The notes beneath the pieces were generated by a model that was not told the origin of the DNA, made no database searches, and worked only from the letters and a program-made list of their open reading frames with translations. This document shows positions 22,477-34,874 of a DNA stretch of 64,000 nt, in pieces. Position numbers and translations under genes: made by a program. The stretch covers positions 5,818,029 to 5,882,028 of the forward strand of contig SMSO01000014.1 in assembly GCA_004764695.1 (NCBI GenBank), in the 5' to 3' direction. The stretch's first letter is position 1, and each line of letters starts with the position of its first letter. The DNA is from Schizochytrium sp. TIO01 (taxonomy: Eukaryota > Protista > Bigyra: Labyrinthulomycetes).

Positions 22477-23619
22477 ATGACTGACGCCGCCGCCCGCCCG
22501 ACCGTTTCGGTCTTCGACGCCGCTGAGGGCGAGTCCAAGGTCCTCGGCAACGTGGCCCTCCCCGCCGTCCTCACCGCCCCCATCCGTACCGATGTGGTCC
22601 ACTTCGTGCACTCCAACGTGGCCAAGAACCGCCGCCAGGCCTACGCCGTGAAGAACGACGCCGGTATGGAGTACGCCGCTGAGTCCTGGGGTACCGGCCG
22701 TGCCGTCTCCCGTATCCCCCGTGTCCCCGGTGGTGGTACCCACCGCTCCGGACAGGCTGCCTTCGGTAACATGTGCCGTGGTGGTCGTATGTTCAACCCC
22801 ACCCGCATCTGGCGCAAGTGGCACCGCGCTATCAACGTGAACCAGCGCCGCTACGCCACCGCCTCTGCCCTCGCTGCCTCTGCCGTGCCCGCCCTCGTCA
22901 TGGCCCGCGGCCACCGCATCTCCCAGGTCCCCGAGATGCCCCTCGTCATCGGCGGTGAGCAGCTCCAGCAGATCGCCAAGACCAAGCAGGCTATGGAGCT
23001 CCTCGACCTCTTTGGCGCCAGCGAGGACGTCGACAAGGTCAAGAACTCCAAGAAGCTCCGCTCCGGCAAGGGCAAGATGCGCAACCGCCGCTACGTTATG
23101 CGCCGTGGACCCCTTCTTGTGCACGACTGCGCCTCTGCTGACCTCCCCCGTGCCTTCCGCAACGTTCCCGGTGTTGAGCTCTGCAACGTGAACCGCCTCA
23201 ACATCCTCCAGCTCGCCCCTGGTGGCCACGTCGGTCGCTTTGTGATCTACACCCAGGACGCCTTCGAGAAGCTCGACAGCATCTTCGGCACCCTCTCTGA
23301 GAAGTCTGAGGTCAAGAAGGGCTTCGCTCTCCCCCGCTCCATGGTTTCCAACGCTGACATCGACCGCATCATCAACTCTGAGGAGATCCAGAAGGTCGTC
23401 CGCGACACCAAGTCTGGCAAGTCCCGCACTGCCCGCAAGAAGAACCCCCTCCGCAACCTCGGTGCCATGATCCAGCTCAACCCCCACAAGCAGGTCCACC
23501 GCCGCGCCGAGCTCGCTGCCGCCAAGCAGCGCGAGGAGCGCCAGGAGAAGATCAAGACCAAGCGCGAGTCCAACACCCGTACCGAGCGCCAGGCCTTTTA
23601 CAAGAACATGCTCGCCTAA
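22477..23619 (+). CDS. RPL4: 60S ribosomal protein L4 (uL4)
   Basis: AESWGTGRAVSRIPRV, GQAAFGNMCRGGRMF, GKGKMRNRR, LAPGGHVGRF, with strong C-ending codon bias. Confidence 0.98.
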   Translation: MTDAAARPTVSVFDAAEGESKVLGNVALPAVLTAPIRTDVVHFVHSNVAKNRRQAYAVKNDAGMEYAAESWGTGRAVSRIPRVPGGGTHRSGQAAFGNMCRGGRMFNPTRIWRKWHRAINVNQRRYATASALAASAVPALVMARGHRISQVPEMPLVIGGEQLQQIAKTKQAMELLDLFGASEDVDKVKNSKKLRSGKGKMRNRRYVMRRGPLLVHDCASADLPRAFRNVPGVELCNVNRLNILQLAPGGHVGRFVIYTQDAFEKLDSIFGTLSEKSEVKKGFALPRSMVSNADIDRIINSEEIQKVVRDTKSGKSRTARKKNPLRNLGAMIQLNPHKQVHRRAELAAAKQREERQEKIKTKRESNTRTERQAFYKNMLA

Positions 23620-24596
23620 GTAGTCTCCGCCTGTGTTGATATGTCGCCTCGGGTTTTATTAGCACACTAAGAAATTACTTTTGCGTGACCTTCTTTTAAT
23701 TTCTCTCATTTCATGACAGAGTCTAAAATCTCTCATTGCTGATGGATAGGTAGACCGAGTCATGAGTTTCCTCTTCTCTTCAAAGGCTTGCAACCAACAG
23801 CAACATATACTCGTGCTTCTCCTGCTACTGTGCGCTGACTCACCTTCGTCCGTTTACTCACTCTCTCATGCACTATACATTGTTACATGCTAGGTACCCA
23901 TCTTCTCCTGCCAAGACGCTGGATCTTATCTTGATCTGAAATATGCGTTCTTGCTGGGCGATGTGGCGGGGATGATATAAAGCTTTGTATTGATGCGAAG
24001 GTGTAATAAACATAACCAATGAATCTCAGAGCACTATGGAGAAAGCCGGGGCAGATATGTCCCAAGCTGGCGGGAACATTGTCGGACGCATCAATAAACA
24101 TGATTGAAATTATTAACATTCATGCATTGTGTTCCTTTGGGCCTGCAGATCTGCGTACGTGTGGGGTGCGATCACTCTCTTTCCTAGCCCACAAGGGCTG
24201 AAGTCACTTCTACACGAAAAACCAACTTCGTGTTCTGACCTTCTGATGCTGAAAAAAACAAAGGAAGATTATTACTTTGGTGATTAGCAAGACGGTCACA
24301 AAAAGCGTCATACGGACAAAATATTTAACTTGTACGGCGCGTAGCTTTCTGAAATTGTCTTCAACTCAATCAAATTCCTTTCAAGAAAAATCTTGCTGGG
24401 GAAAAGAGCAAATGCACGACATACGGCGCTGCATCACAGCTTGTTATCTTTCTGCTTAGTGATTCATTTACCCAAACCATACCTATTTTTTTTTTCTGTC
24501 TTGATTTTTTATTTAGTTTGACCTTTAACACAGAAGGAGGTGAAGTACTAGGCTCTTGCTTAATCTCGCTTCGAACTAGGCTCCGTTCCATTATTT

Positions 24597-25485
24597 GGTA
24601 CGTTAGTTTCTGTTCCATATTAATCAATAAGTGGAGGAGGCTAAGTAAAAAAATTGGCATGGCCAAGGAACTACCAAGCTCCAAACACTACAAGTTAATA
24701 AAACCTACAATACAAGCCGTGAAAGTACTTCAAGCGGAAGCTTGGCGTCTCAGCAGATGCCCGTTGGGCGAGCAATCGCATATATGCAAGTGACGACATT
24801 AAGCGCAAGTATGACTGAGGTTTGTTCCGGCGGCCGCGAGCAACGCAGTTTTGACTGAACCATTATTTACGCCAGAGTGTCCTCCGACAAGAAAGACTAG
24901 AATTTAAAATGCTAAATTGGTGATCTTCAGCGTTACAGACGCCCCCGCCGTCTACAAAGGCAGCGGTAGCGGGGTCGACCTCAAAAGGCTGGGCTTACGT
25001 GCCCTACCGGACTACCGAGATTCGCCGCAAGCTTGCACTTTGACTCTGTGAAAACTACCATGCCATCCTTTTAACTAAATTGTGAAACCTCCCAGATGGT
25101 CAACAAGTTGCCAAAACGGATCAAAACCAACCCAGTTCGAATGATATGTTGTTAGCTACCAGCAAGCGCTCATTCTCAAAGCCAAATTTTTCTTCTGGTG
25201 TAAACCATTTATTTGCTGAGAGGATTGTACTTCAAAAACATGCAATAATTGTACCATCCACGACAAACTCGGAGCATCCAAGGTTTTAAGGTGCCCTAAA
25301 TGCAAACATGAAGCCGATCGTGATATCCACGCCGCTAGGGGCATCATTTTGCGCTACATATCCAAGCACATGACCTAAAATTTGTCTTTGAGTCGCGGGT
25401 TAGTTTTGTAAAACGAAGCCGTGATTTGGTCCTTAGCGTCACGTCACCATAGGAAATGCAAAGTTTATAGGTTAATTCCTCAGTG
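24597..25485 (+). mobile_element. Non-autonomous, internally deleted IS607/Fanzor2 copy 3 (~0.9 kb)
   Basis: GGCCAAGGAACTACCAAGCTCCAAACAC and ATTTACGCCAGAGTGTCCTCC match tnpA. The sequence jumps at ~25012 to the Fanzor C-terminal part, then the TGTCTTTGAGTCGCGGGTTAG scaffold follows at 25383. Confidence 0.9.
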
Positions 25486-25886
25486 CTACTACTACAGTAT
25501 GCAATCAATTTCCCCAATAAATTGGAATAGTATGCTTATGGGATAAAGTGTATCAGGTGAGACCATGGGACAAGTAAAAGCAGGTGAACATAGGAGGTGC
25601 GTACCCTGTTTAGTTAGTATGCTGTATCTAAATTAAAGTGTATTTTTATAAACTATAAAACGACATGTTGTAGGCTGGACAAGCTAGTCTTTATCATTTA
25701 GAATCGGCAATGACAAGAGGGAACTTCAGACGAACATGAACAGCAACAACCGAGAATAAGTCGAAAGGAAAGAAGAACCAAGTTATATTTCGGCACACAC
25801 AGTACCAGAATCGTTGCTAGTTATATGAAAAATTCCAAGAAGGGATTATTAAGATTCTCTCTCTGACGCTTGCTCTCAAGTTGCTA

Positions 25887-28592
25887 TTATACTGCCTTAG
25901 TTTGCTGTGCTGAAAAGGAGAATCCGCCCCCAGCAATGCGATTCCCGGGTCGCAGTCCCGAGGCTGCTACAGCACCAAGTGATTGCTGTTCTTGTTCCTG
26001 ATCTGCTTCCTCTTGGTTGTTACTTCCTGCATGATGAGCACGCTTAGGAGAAGAGCTCTCTGCCTGCTGAGCCAGGCTACGCTTCTGCAAATAATACTTT
26101 CTCTTCATGTCTTGTAACTCTCTCGAAATACGCTCAATTTCAAACTTATACTCATTCACCTGAGCCTGGTGCATATTCAATTCTGAGGCCATCGCCTTCA
26201 TTTGCCGCGTCTTATCCTTTAGAGTCTGCTGATATACGCTCAGCTGCTCAGCCACCTCCGGACCTGGTTGCCTAGCAAGAATACTCTTCAGCTCCGCATA
26301 TAATTTCTCCTTCTCTTGAATAATCAGGTCCTTTTCGACAACCTGCTCAGTCTTAGCAATTAAACGCTTCTGTAAAGTCTGAATCTTTTGGATCATTTCA
26401 TACGTCGCCGGGTCAGAACCTTCCAATTTGCGCCAACGGTGTACATTCATTGGGTTTTCCAATTCTTCAGACAACGCCTTCACCTTGGTTTTCTCTTGCA
26501 AAAGTTCACGCTGCAAATTGAAGATCTCACGTTTCAAATCACCGACACTTCCACCTTGGTTTTTATTAATCGCAAGTTGTCGCTTCATATCTGCAATCTT
26601 CAGTTTGAGCACGCGGATATCCTGTGTTCGCTCACGATACTGAGTCTCACCATTTCGCAAAGTGGATTGCTGGATCTTAATCTTCTCATATAAAAGGGCC
26701 AGCTCGTCATTACGGCGAATCAACTGTGTACCCAAAATATCGCGTTCATTAATCACTTGATCATATTCCTTGCGCTGCCGCAACGCCTCGTCATCCATCT
26801 TTTGAATCATATGAGTCAACTTTAAGATCTCTGCATTTTGTGCATTGATGGTCTGCTCATTTGCTTCAAGCAAATTTTTCATCTTGCTGAGCTCGTTCTT
26901 GAGCTGTTCCTTCTGTTTTTCCACCTTTTGATGGTCAAAATGTTCCTTCACCAAAGCATGGTCTTTGGCAGTAATTTCTTCCTTCAGTTGTTCAACCTGA
27001 TGGTTCATGATCTTGAACTTTCGTTTCATCTCCGCAATCTCATCCTGGCTCTCGATAAGGTTCTTGCTGTACAAGTTTCGGTCAGAGCGCACGGCTTCAT
27101 AGAGTTGCTGCTGCTGCTTCAATTTCGACTCTCCCTCGGCCACCTTCTTTTGCATCTCTCCCAGCTGCATCTCCTTCAGTTTAATCTGCTCCAGAGCCTG
27201 CTGAAACTTGGCGCCAGCCTCGCTAGCTTCCACGCCATACTTTTCACGATCTTTCTCAAGCTGGTAGATTAATTTACGCTGCTTGCTTGCCTCCTGCTTG
27301 AAAGCATAAATTTCATTTTCGAGGTTCTTTGTTGTGCGTTCACTAATCTTCACCTGGTCTACCACAGCCTTAGTCTTTTGCTGCTCACGCGTAACAGCCT
27401 TCTCGTGAAGTTCAAGACCACGCTTTAGCGTCTCCACTTCCTTCTCCTTACCATCCTCGCGCTTACGGCCATCCAAGAGCTCTTTTTTCAGCTGCTCAAC
27501 CTGGTTGTGCAAGTTCTCCTGTGCAGCTTTGTGATCTTCAATCACTTGACGAAGCTGGAGACCATGCTTTTTCTCCTTATCAAGCTTACGCTTGGCCATT
27601 TCGATGTCATTTGTCGCCTTTGTTAACTCGAGGTTCTTTCGCTTCATATCATCCTGCATGCCATGATTCTCAGTGGCAATTTGACGAATTTGCAGCTCCT
27701 GAGCCTCGACCTCATCCGTTAGCTTTTGTGCTTTCTGAGAAAGGGCCTCGTAGTCTCTTAAGTACTTGTCACAGCTATTGCGGGCCTCTTTGAGGCTAGT
27801 TTCAAGACGGGTGTTCTCTTCCTCCGCTTCTTTGAGCGAGGAGGTCTGATCGTCATTCTCTTGCTGCTTGCGCTCAAGACGCATTTTCAAGTCCTTCATT
27901 TCCTTATCCAGGCGCTCTCGACGACGTGCATCACGCTGTTGCTCGGCGATCTTCGTCTCGAGCTGCTCATGTAACTGACGTTGAGCTTCCTCCATACTAG
28001 CATTCTTCTGCTTCTCAAGTTCAATAGTCTCACACAAATCGTCTGCACGGGCATTCAAGTCTCGAATAGTCAAAGAGTGCTCTTCATTCTTACGCAGCAG
28101 CTCATCGCGATCCTTTGTAAGCTCGTTCAAAGTATTCTCCTGGCCCATCGATAGCCCAGCACCCTGCTCTACAAGACGGCTCAAGTTCACAATTTCGTCC
28201 TTGAGGTTCTGGATTGTCTCCTTTGCTGTACGCTCCTTTTCGTGGCTTCCGTCAACCATTTTCCAAGCCTTTTCAATTTCCTTCTTCAAGGCAGCAATTG
28301 TGCTTTGATCCTCTTGACTCAACTTGAGTGCAGCTTGAACTTTAGCCGCATTATTAACAATCTCGCTATTGAGCTCGCGGCACTTCTTGATCAGTCGTTT
28401 CTCCTGCTCGTGGCTCTTTTTTAATGCACGATGCAGCTTCTCATATTCCAGTCGAAACTTCTCTAAGCTTTTGTCTCCCACCAGTTCGCCGAGCACCTCC
28501 TGGAAATCCTTTTCCAATGCTTCAAAGGCAGACGACTCAAAGTCTCCAATACCATCTTCAAGGCCTTCCTTGAGACCTATATCGTCTCCCAT
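25887..28592 (-). CDS. CFAP58: Cilia- and flagella-associated protein 58
   Basis: 901-aa coiled coil with EYEKLHRALKKSHEQEKRL, YEAVRSDRNLYSKNL, ERDILGTQLIRRNDEL and ELENPMNVHRWRKLEGSDP. Confidence 0.93.
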   Translation of the reverse strand: MGDDIGLKEGLEDGIGDFESSAFEALEKDFQEVLGELVGDKSLEKFRLEYEKLHRALKKSHEQEKRLIKKCRELNSEIVNNAAKVQAALKLSQEDQSTIAALKKEIEKAWKMVDGSHEKERTAKETIQNLKDEIVNLSRLVEQGAGLSMGQENTLNELTKDRDELLRKNEEHSLTIRDLNARADDLCETIELEKQKNASMEEAQRQLHEQLETKIAEQQRDARRRERLDKEMKDLKMRLERKQQENDDQTSSLKEAEEENTRLETSLKEARNSCDKYLRDYEALSQKAQKLTDEVEAQELQIRQIATENHGMQDDMKRKNLELTKATNDIEMAKRKLDKEKKHGLQLRQVIEDHKAAQENLHNQVEQLKKELLDGRKREDGKEKEVETLKRGLELHEKAVTREQQKTKAVVDQVKISERTTKNLENEIYAFKQEASKQRKLIYQLEKDREKYGVEASEAGAKFQQALEQIKLKEMQLGEMQKKVAEGESKLKQQQQLYEAVRSDRNLYSKNLIESQDEIAEMKRKFKIMNHQVEQLKEEITAKDHALVKEHFDHQKVEKQKEQLKNELSKMKNLLEANEQTINAQNAEILKLTHMIQKMDDEALRQRKEYDQVINERDILGTQLIRRNDELALLYEKIKIQQSTLRNGETQYRERTQDIRVLKLKIADMKRQLAINKNQGGSVGDLKREIFNLQRELLQEKTKVKALSEELENPMNVHRWRKLEGSDPATYEMIQKIQTLQKRLIAKTEQVVEKDLIIQEKEKLYAELKSILARQPGPEVAEQLSVYQQTLKDKTRQMKAMASELNMHQAQVNEYKFEIERISRELQDMKRKYYLQKRSLAQQAESSSPKRAHHAGSNNQEEADQEQEQQSLGAVAASGLRPGNRIAGGGFSFSAQQTKAV

Positions 28593-29438
28593 TTTGCTTA
28601 GCTCAGCACTTGCCAGCCTATTGCCAGCTAAGCTAAAAAGGCTCTACAAAATTGATAACGTAGCAGCAAAGCAGTTGGTCGTAGCTCCCCTCGTCGTCTT
28701 TCAAGGTTTTGGCAAGAGTTCCGAACTAAAGTTAGTGCAACAAGAACCTTTTCTGGCCAGGCACTAGGTATGCTTGGCGTTCCCACCACGCCAAACTATG
28801 CCGAGTCCCTTCGAGCGAGTGTACTATTAAATCCTTGATGAGCGTGGCACCGTATCACCACGTGACCCCAACCCAGTCTACCCCAGTTCTCACGACCGTC
28901 GATGTGCGATCGATGGGTCGTGCTCAAAGGCCATCAGTGTATGTGTAACAAGCTTTTTTGATTTCTTCGTATTGAAATAAAGAACACTAAGCTATCTATA
29001 GTTTTGATATTTTTGTCCGTCTACTATCTCTGGAACTTTGATTTCTTTATGAAATAAACTCAAACGGGTGCACACACCCTTGTGCCCACTCTTCTGACTA
29101 AACAGCCAATCGCCAACCGCAAGTGCCTACTTCTTCATCAGGTACGAGCTAAATAAAAGATTTTTTCTTCTGATTGACTGGAAGTATCGGGTAGCCGATG
29201 TGTGTTTTTACTCTAGGAGTCAAGACTGGTGTGTACCTTCAACGGATCTCTCGAGCCTTTCCGTTCAGAATGATGAACATTAATTTTGATCTTTCAATTG
29301 TCACTTGAGGTCTGCCTTCCTTATGCGCCTTCCTTATGAGCGAAGGTGCAAGCAGCTACTGATGCTCTTATGTTAGCTTGATGGATAGCTTTTATGCGAT
29401 TACACCAAGCCCTACGATCAGAGTAACTTATTCACTGT

Positions 29439-29464
29439 TATATATATATATATATATATATATA
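29439..29464. repeat. (TA)13 microsatellite
   Basis: Read directly from the sequence. Confidence 0.95.
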
Positions 29465-29944
29465 GAGTACTTCTGTAGAAATGAGAAATATTGTTTATTT
29501 TCGCTGTAGTGGATGCGATAAACAATTCTTCTCAAAGAAATAATCAGAAATAAACCCAGTCAACCATATGAAATGAAGCTTGCAGCAAGCGTTTTGGGTC
29601 AAAGTCTCTCGTGACCTTCTAAATATCATCATAAAAATCAATCAACATCGCAGCTCGCCAACACAGAACCATTGCAAGGTGTGTACTTAACGGAACGCAA
29701 CAACGATGCGAGTAACCATCTTGTGCTTTCAAGAAAGAGAAAAAGAATGAAAGGAAGAAATGAAAGCAGAAGGGAATGTGTGCACTGTTGCTTTCTTTTA
29801 GAGCAAGAGAGAAAGAACCTATGCGTCCAAATAAGTTCTACGATCTTCCTCTTAGCGAAGGATTCCATTGTCTTGCTCGACAAGGTGAGCTCGGAGATGC
29901 CCTGCGAGTTATGAGCTCTTCGATACGTCTTTTAGATTAGCAAG

Positions 29945-31015
29945 ATGCAAGGCATCGTGGACAAAGCCCGTGCGCGTCCGCAGAGCGCTCAGCCTCTGCT
30001 CAACCGCTCGGGAAAGGGTTTTGGGCTGAATCAAAATGTAGAGCCGCAGAAAGAAGAGATGGAAAGCGATGCGGCTGCAGCGAGGATCCTTGCTAGACAA
30101 TCTAGCGTACGAAAGCTATCAAAAGCCGTCTCAGCTGCTTCGTTTGCATCCCGCCTTAGTCTCCTTAAAAGTACGGCTGGAAACAAGAGTGCCCCAACTT
30201 TACCCACCAAACGAAGACCCCGGACAGCTAAACCACAAAAAATAAAGTCACATGCAGAACTTGATAAAGAGCTGCGAAGACTTGAGGGAGAGATAACATT
30301 TCTAACTTGTGGTCAAGGTGTACGTGATCGTGATCACCTTAAACTTTCAAGCCAACATTTCACAGTCAAACCTGGTCTTGTGGATTTTGGCTTGATCAGA
30401 CTTGGCGACACCGCGACTAGGACCTTCACAATTCGTAACATGGGGGCTGCACCCTGTCGTATTAAGATTCTTCCTATTGAGGATCGGAACCTCATTGTGA
30501 AACTCGGAGCTGCCGAGACACGTATTGCCCCTGGAATGCGTGAAACAATTGTGCTCGATTATGTGGGGAAGACGCTCTGTACCATAGATCTAAATTTGAC
30601 AATTATGGCGGGAAAACTCGAGAAATTCCAGCTTCCGATTCAAGGAACTGTAGTAGAACAAATTCCAGAACCATTTTCCCCCACAGATCCGGACTCGCTG
30701 TTGTCATGGATTCCTCGTTTACCAGGGTCATATTTTAACTGGAAGACAGAAGAGGTAGTCATTGAACATAATACCCAAATTTATTTTGATCCAGGACAGC
30801 CCGTGGACGCTATTGCTGCTCAAAATAGTAGACTTCGAAAACAGCAAGTACAATCTATACTCCCGGCATATTGCGTGCGAGTTTTGGATGAGCGCCGAAA
30901 TCATGATTTACCAAATTCAAGAGAGTCGGAAGATATTCTTGAACCTGTCAAGGATGAAGACCGGGAGCAGCTTGATTCCGGTATATTTACCTTTTTAGAA
31001 GGAAAGTCTCTGTAA
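29945..31015 (+). CDS. Protein with an ASH/PapD-like Ig-fold domain, possibly ciliary
   Basis: VKPGLVDFGLI..G.T.TRTFTIRNMG...IAPGM pattern, typical of ASH/MSP-like domains. Confidence 0.6.
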   Translation: MQGIVDKARARPQSAQPLLNRSGKGFGLNQNVEPQKEEMESDAAAARILARQSSVRKLSKAVSAASFASRLSLLKSTAGNKSAPTLPTKRRPRTAKPQKIKSHAELDKELRRLEGEITFLTCGQGVRDRDHLKLSSQHFTVKPGLVDFGLIRLGDTATRTFTIRNMGAAPCRIKILPIEDRNLIVKLGAAETRIAPGMRETIVLDYVGKTLCTIDLNLTIMAGKLEKFQLPIQGTVVEQIPEPFSPTDPDSLLSWIPRLPGSYFNWKTEEVVIEHNTQIYFDPGQPVDAIAAQNSRLRKQQVQSILPAYCVRVLDERRNHDLPNSRESEDILEPVKDEDREQLDSGIFTFLEGKSL

Positions 31016-31334
31016 TATTATCTTTGTTGTAATCTCCTTTTATATTCTACTCAAATTTCTCAATGTTTTAAATGTGTCATGCAAAGTTTGCTACCATGGC
31101 TTTAGAAGACTGCCTGAGCATTGGCAAAGGACTGTTGAAGGTTTGGTTGGGTACAGAACAAATGTGTAATTATAAGGCAATCAAATTTTTGCCAATCCCT
31201 CTATATTTCAAAGAAATAAGGAGGGCCGTTAGGAGAAAACAACAAGATTTTTTAAAAGAGATTTTTTAAATGTTTCTTATTCTTTCTATCATTTCATAAG
31301 CTCTTGTAAAAGATAAGATGGTATTTGTGCACAA

Positions 31335-32273
31335 TTAGAAAACGATAGAGTCTAGTGATGTTGTCATGCTCTGGTCAATGTTATCAGCCATGAGCTCCTC
31401 AACGCTTTCCTTGAGGTGACGCTTAGGATCAATCTTGCCGACGTTCTCGATCATAATCTGCTCAGCAGACTTCTTCTCCTCTTCTGCAACGCGCTCATTG
31501 TAGCTCTTGGCAAGAGTGACCATCGACTTGATGGTACTCTCGTTCTTGCGAGAGTGCTCCTCAAAGTCGCGCGGCACCATGCCGGTGGACCATTTCTTGG
31601 CGTGAACATTACTCAACATCTTGATCTCAAGCTCATTCTTCCTGTACGCAATAGGAAGGCTGTAGTAGTGGCGGTTCAAACCATGGATGAGGGCCTGAAT
31701 CGAAGGTTTGTTCAAGTGGCCCACGTTGGACGTAGTTTGGCGAGGCTCAATCTGCATCATAGCCTGCTGTGGGTTGATAAGCCGGAAGGCGTCGATGACC
31801 ACCTTGCCCTTCACGGACTGGATTGGGTCGATAACCACTGCTACGGCGCGCTTGTTCAAGGTCTCAAAACTCTGCTGGGTGTTGCAATCAGTGGAACTCA
31901 ACCAGCATCCGAATCCAGGATGAGAGTGATACCATCCCACCACCATTTCAGGGCGACCGGTCTGCTTGAGGGCATCCAGCATCTTAGTCTGGAACACAGC
32001 ATCTACGGACTCTACAGAAACTGAAGATCCACTCTGAGGCATCGCAAAAACGTCAACGACCTGGATGTGATAATCGCTCACAAACGATCCCAACAGAAGA
32101 CCCATAACCTCCATGGGCACACCAGCACGACCGTGCTTCAACATCTTAATCAACGCCAGAGACGAAATACTAACAGTCTCCGCAGTATCAGGTTGCGGCA
32201 TATCACCACCGCCGCGCATGCCACCCATGCCGCCGCCGCCGCCCTGCTGAAGCAAGCGCATAAGACCCTCCAT
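31335..32273 (-). CDS. PSMD14: 26S proteasome deubiquitinase Rpn11
   Basis: [21 protein letters not shown] motif [30 protein letters not shown]. Confidence 0.98.
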   Translation of the reverse strand: MEGLMRLLQQGGGGGMGGMRGGGDMPQPDTAETVSISSLALIKMLKHGRAGVPMEVMGLLLGSFVSDYHIQVVDVFAMPQSGSSVSVESVDAVFQTKMLDALKQTGRPEMVVGWYHSHPGFGCWLSSTDCNTQQSFETLNKRAVAVVIDPIQSVKGKVVIDAFRLINPQQAMMQIEPRQTTSNVGHLNKPSIQALIHGLNRHYYSLPIAYRKNELEIKMLSNVHAKKWSTGMVPRDFEEHSRKNESTIKSMVTLAKSYNERVAEEEKKSAEQIMIENVGKIDPKRHLKESVEELMADNIDQSMTTSLDSIVF

Positions 32274-33550
32274 GGTACCTAAATTTGAAGAATGAGATGG
32301 ATATAAACGAAGTTGACCTTAAATCTGCAGGTGCTCTTTGGAAACCTTCAAGAGTTTCTTAAGAGACCTTTCTATAGGACCTCAGAAGACTCCTCACGAG
32401 AGACGTCTTGTGGAGTTTGCTCAAGGTTTTCGAAGATTATCAACAAAGTTCGTGCAGCCGGATCCCAAGATTTTTCACAGAACTGAGCCTTCAGCTCGAG
32501 CTCAGAAACACGACAGGGGAAGGAGATGTAATAAAAGTCCGCAAGGAGCTTGGATGATTGTTGCCGTGCGCGGCCAGGTTGGGGCTGCGCGGTCAAGGTC
32601 TGTGGCGAGCTCCGAGACGGTTTGGGCGCGAAGCTTCGCTATGGTTTCCGGCGCCTGCTTGCGCCGAATATTAGCCAGCCTTGATATAGCATAATACTAC
32701 GCTGATTTGAGACCGTCGAGGAAAGAGGGGATATCGATCGTCAACAGAAGGCATCGAGATTGAGCGTAAGCTGAGGTTCGAGCTCTAAGTTTGAAGGACA
32801 ATAAAGGAAGTCACATGAACTTCACATGACGGAGAGTGACAGGTGAGTAGGCAGGTGGAAGAAGCGTTTTTGAGAGGCCCTTCGTTTTTGCGTCTCATTT
32901 GCATTTCCATGATGCTGATTCAAGTTCTACTAGTTTTGTTAGAAAGGTAAAATTTTTACAAAAGGAAAAAGGCCTTGAAATCAAGGGAGAAAGCAGAAGA
33001 AAGAAGAACCCCAAAGAACTTTTGAGATTGATTTATTCTGAAATGCTTTGAGAGAACAAGAACGAAGAAGAGGAAAGAAAAGGAGAGGAAAGATACAGTT
33101 AGGAAAGAAGATAGAAAACGTAATGGTGCCTCAGTATGATTAAAAAGAAAACAGAAAAAAGAAGGAGCAACATCCTTAGGGAAATCAGAAAAGATCGAGA
33201 CTGCAAACCCGTTTCTGCACTTTGAGGAAAGTCGCAAGAACGTACTCAGCGAAGACGCTTTGGCGAAGAGCGAAATCTAGGTTATCAAAACTTGCGCGAG
33301 TCAGCTGGGCGAGACAGCGAAGAAGAACTAGCTAGTTTGTTGTTGAGTGTAGCCCCGAAAAAAGATTGCGCAGTCAAGTCTGTACAGCAAGACTCAGACA
33401 AAGGCTCGAGCTTGCCTGCAAGGATTTTACAGACAAAGGAGGGAGGCTTGCACTGTAATCTGCGGTTTTCCAGGTCAACTTTTGCGAGAGTAAACTTAGA
33501 GGTCGCGTCACGTTGTGTTTTGGAGGATTAGATTTTTAGATTTGTGAAAA

Positions 33551-34339
33551 ATGCAGGCCATCAAGACCGCTGCGAAGAAAATGACGAGGGCGAGGTCTTC
33601 TCTCGCATGCCGCGAAATGCACTCGTGGAGGCCCAACGGAATGGGTTTTAACGCAGCTTGGGGAGGGAATATGACTGCACCCATGAATGCCAATGAAGGT
33701 AGCGTTGCGGAGCCCTGGAACATGTCCACTCTTGTGCCCATGGTTGTTGAACAAACCCACCGTGGCGAGCGCGCTTATGATATCTACTCGCGCCTTCTTA
33801 AGGAGCGAATTATCTTTCTGCAAGGGCCTGTTCATGATGGTATGTCCGCAGCCATTTGTGCGCAGCTCTTGTTCCTGGAGGCCGACCATCCAGAGAAGCC
33901 AATCCAAATGTACATCAATAGCCCCGGAGGTAGTGTCACGGCAGGACTGGCCATCTACGACACCATGCAATACGTTAACTGCGACATTCACACACTCTGC
34001 ATGGGCCAGGCGTCATCTATGGGCTCGCTTTTGCTGGCCTCAGGTACTGAGGGTCACCGCCGCAGTTTGCCTAATAGCCGCATCATGATTCATCAGCCCT
34101 CCGGTGGAGCCCAGGGTATGGCAAGTGATATCGCAATTCACGCCGAGGAGATCATCAAACTCCGCCAGCGTCTCGCAGAAATCTACTCCCACCACACTGG
34201 CCAGCCGGTGCAGACCATTATGAAGACCCTCGACCGTGACTACTTTATGTCCCCGCAAGCGGCCGCAAAATTTGGCATTATCGATGCCGTTATTGAGAAG
34301 CGTCTCAACTACCAGAGCGGAGGCAACAAGTCCGACTAG
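33551..34339 (+). CDS. CLPP: ATP-dependent Clp protease proteolytic subunit, probably mitochondrial
   Basis: [33 protein letters not shown] (Ser), IMIHQP (His), DRD, basic N-terminal extension. Confidence 0.96.
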   Translation: MQAIKTAAKKMTRARSSLACREMHSWRPNGMGFNAAWGGNMTAPMNANEGSVAEPWNMSTLVPMVVEQTHRGERAYDIYSRLLKERIIFLQGPVHDGMSAAICAQLLFLEADHPEKPIQMYINSPGGSVTAGLAIYDTMQYVNCDIHTLCMGQASSMGSLLLASGTEGHRRSLPNSRIMIHQPSGGAQGMASDIAIHAEEIIKLRQRLAEIYSHHTGQPVQTIMKTLDRDYFMSPQAAAKFGIIDAVIEKRLNYQSGGNKSD

Positions 34340-34874
34340 AGTCTTCAATGTGTCGCCCACTTACTCGTGTACTAAAAAACATCCAAGAGTTTTGCATATA
34401 TAAATAATATATATCATCAGAAAATCACACCATTGAAAACCGAGTCTATTCATTTTCCTTCAACCTTGTATTTAAGATTGCTCGTCCAGGCCTGAGGTAA
34501 CTAATGCATTCATATCTCATGCAGTCAAATAGCCTCATGTTGCATAGACTTTCCGTAAAGCCTAGCCACGACTGCAACGTTCTCGTTGCAACCACAAGAA
34601 TATAGCTTTTCAGTCGAGAAAAAAGGTATTTTGGATCAGTAATTATTCACATGATAGCCTCACTAACGTTTCAGAAAGATTATTAAGGATCTCGTGTGTA
34701 GCATCTAGTTTGGCATGCAACTTCAAGATCAGTTTGACCTTATGTAATCTACTTGAATAGGAACTGCATATGACACCGGTATAAGTTGATGGTAATTTTG
34801 ATAATTTTAACCTCTCTCAAAAACTAAAAAACAAAGAAAAAAAAGAAAAAAGAAAAAAGGTATCACTGATTTTC

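Noticed and set aside
22222-23499. 425-aa antisense ORF over RPL4
   Set aside because: Expected shadow of strong C-ending codon bias in a highly expressed gene. No independent motifs.
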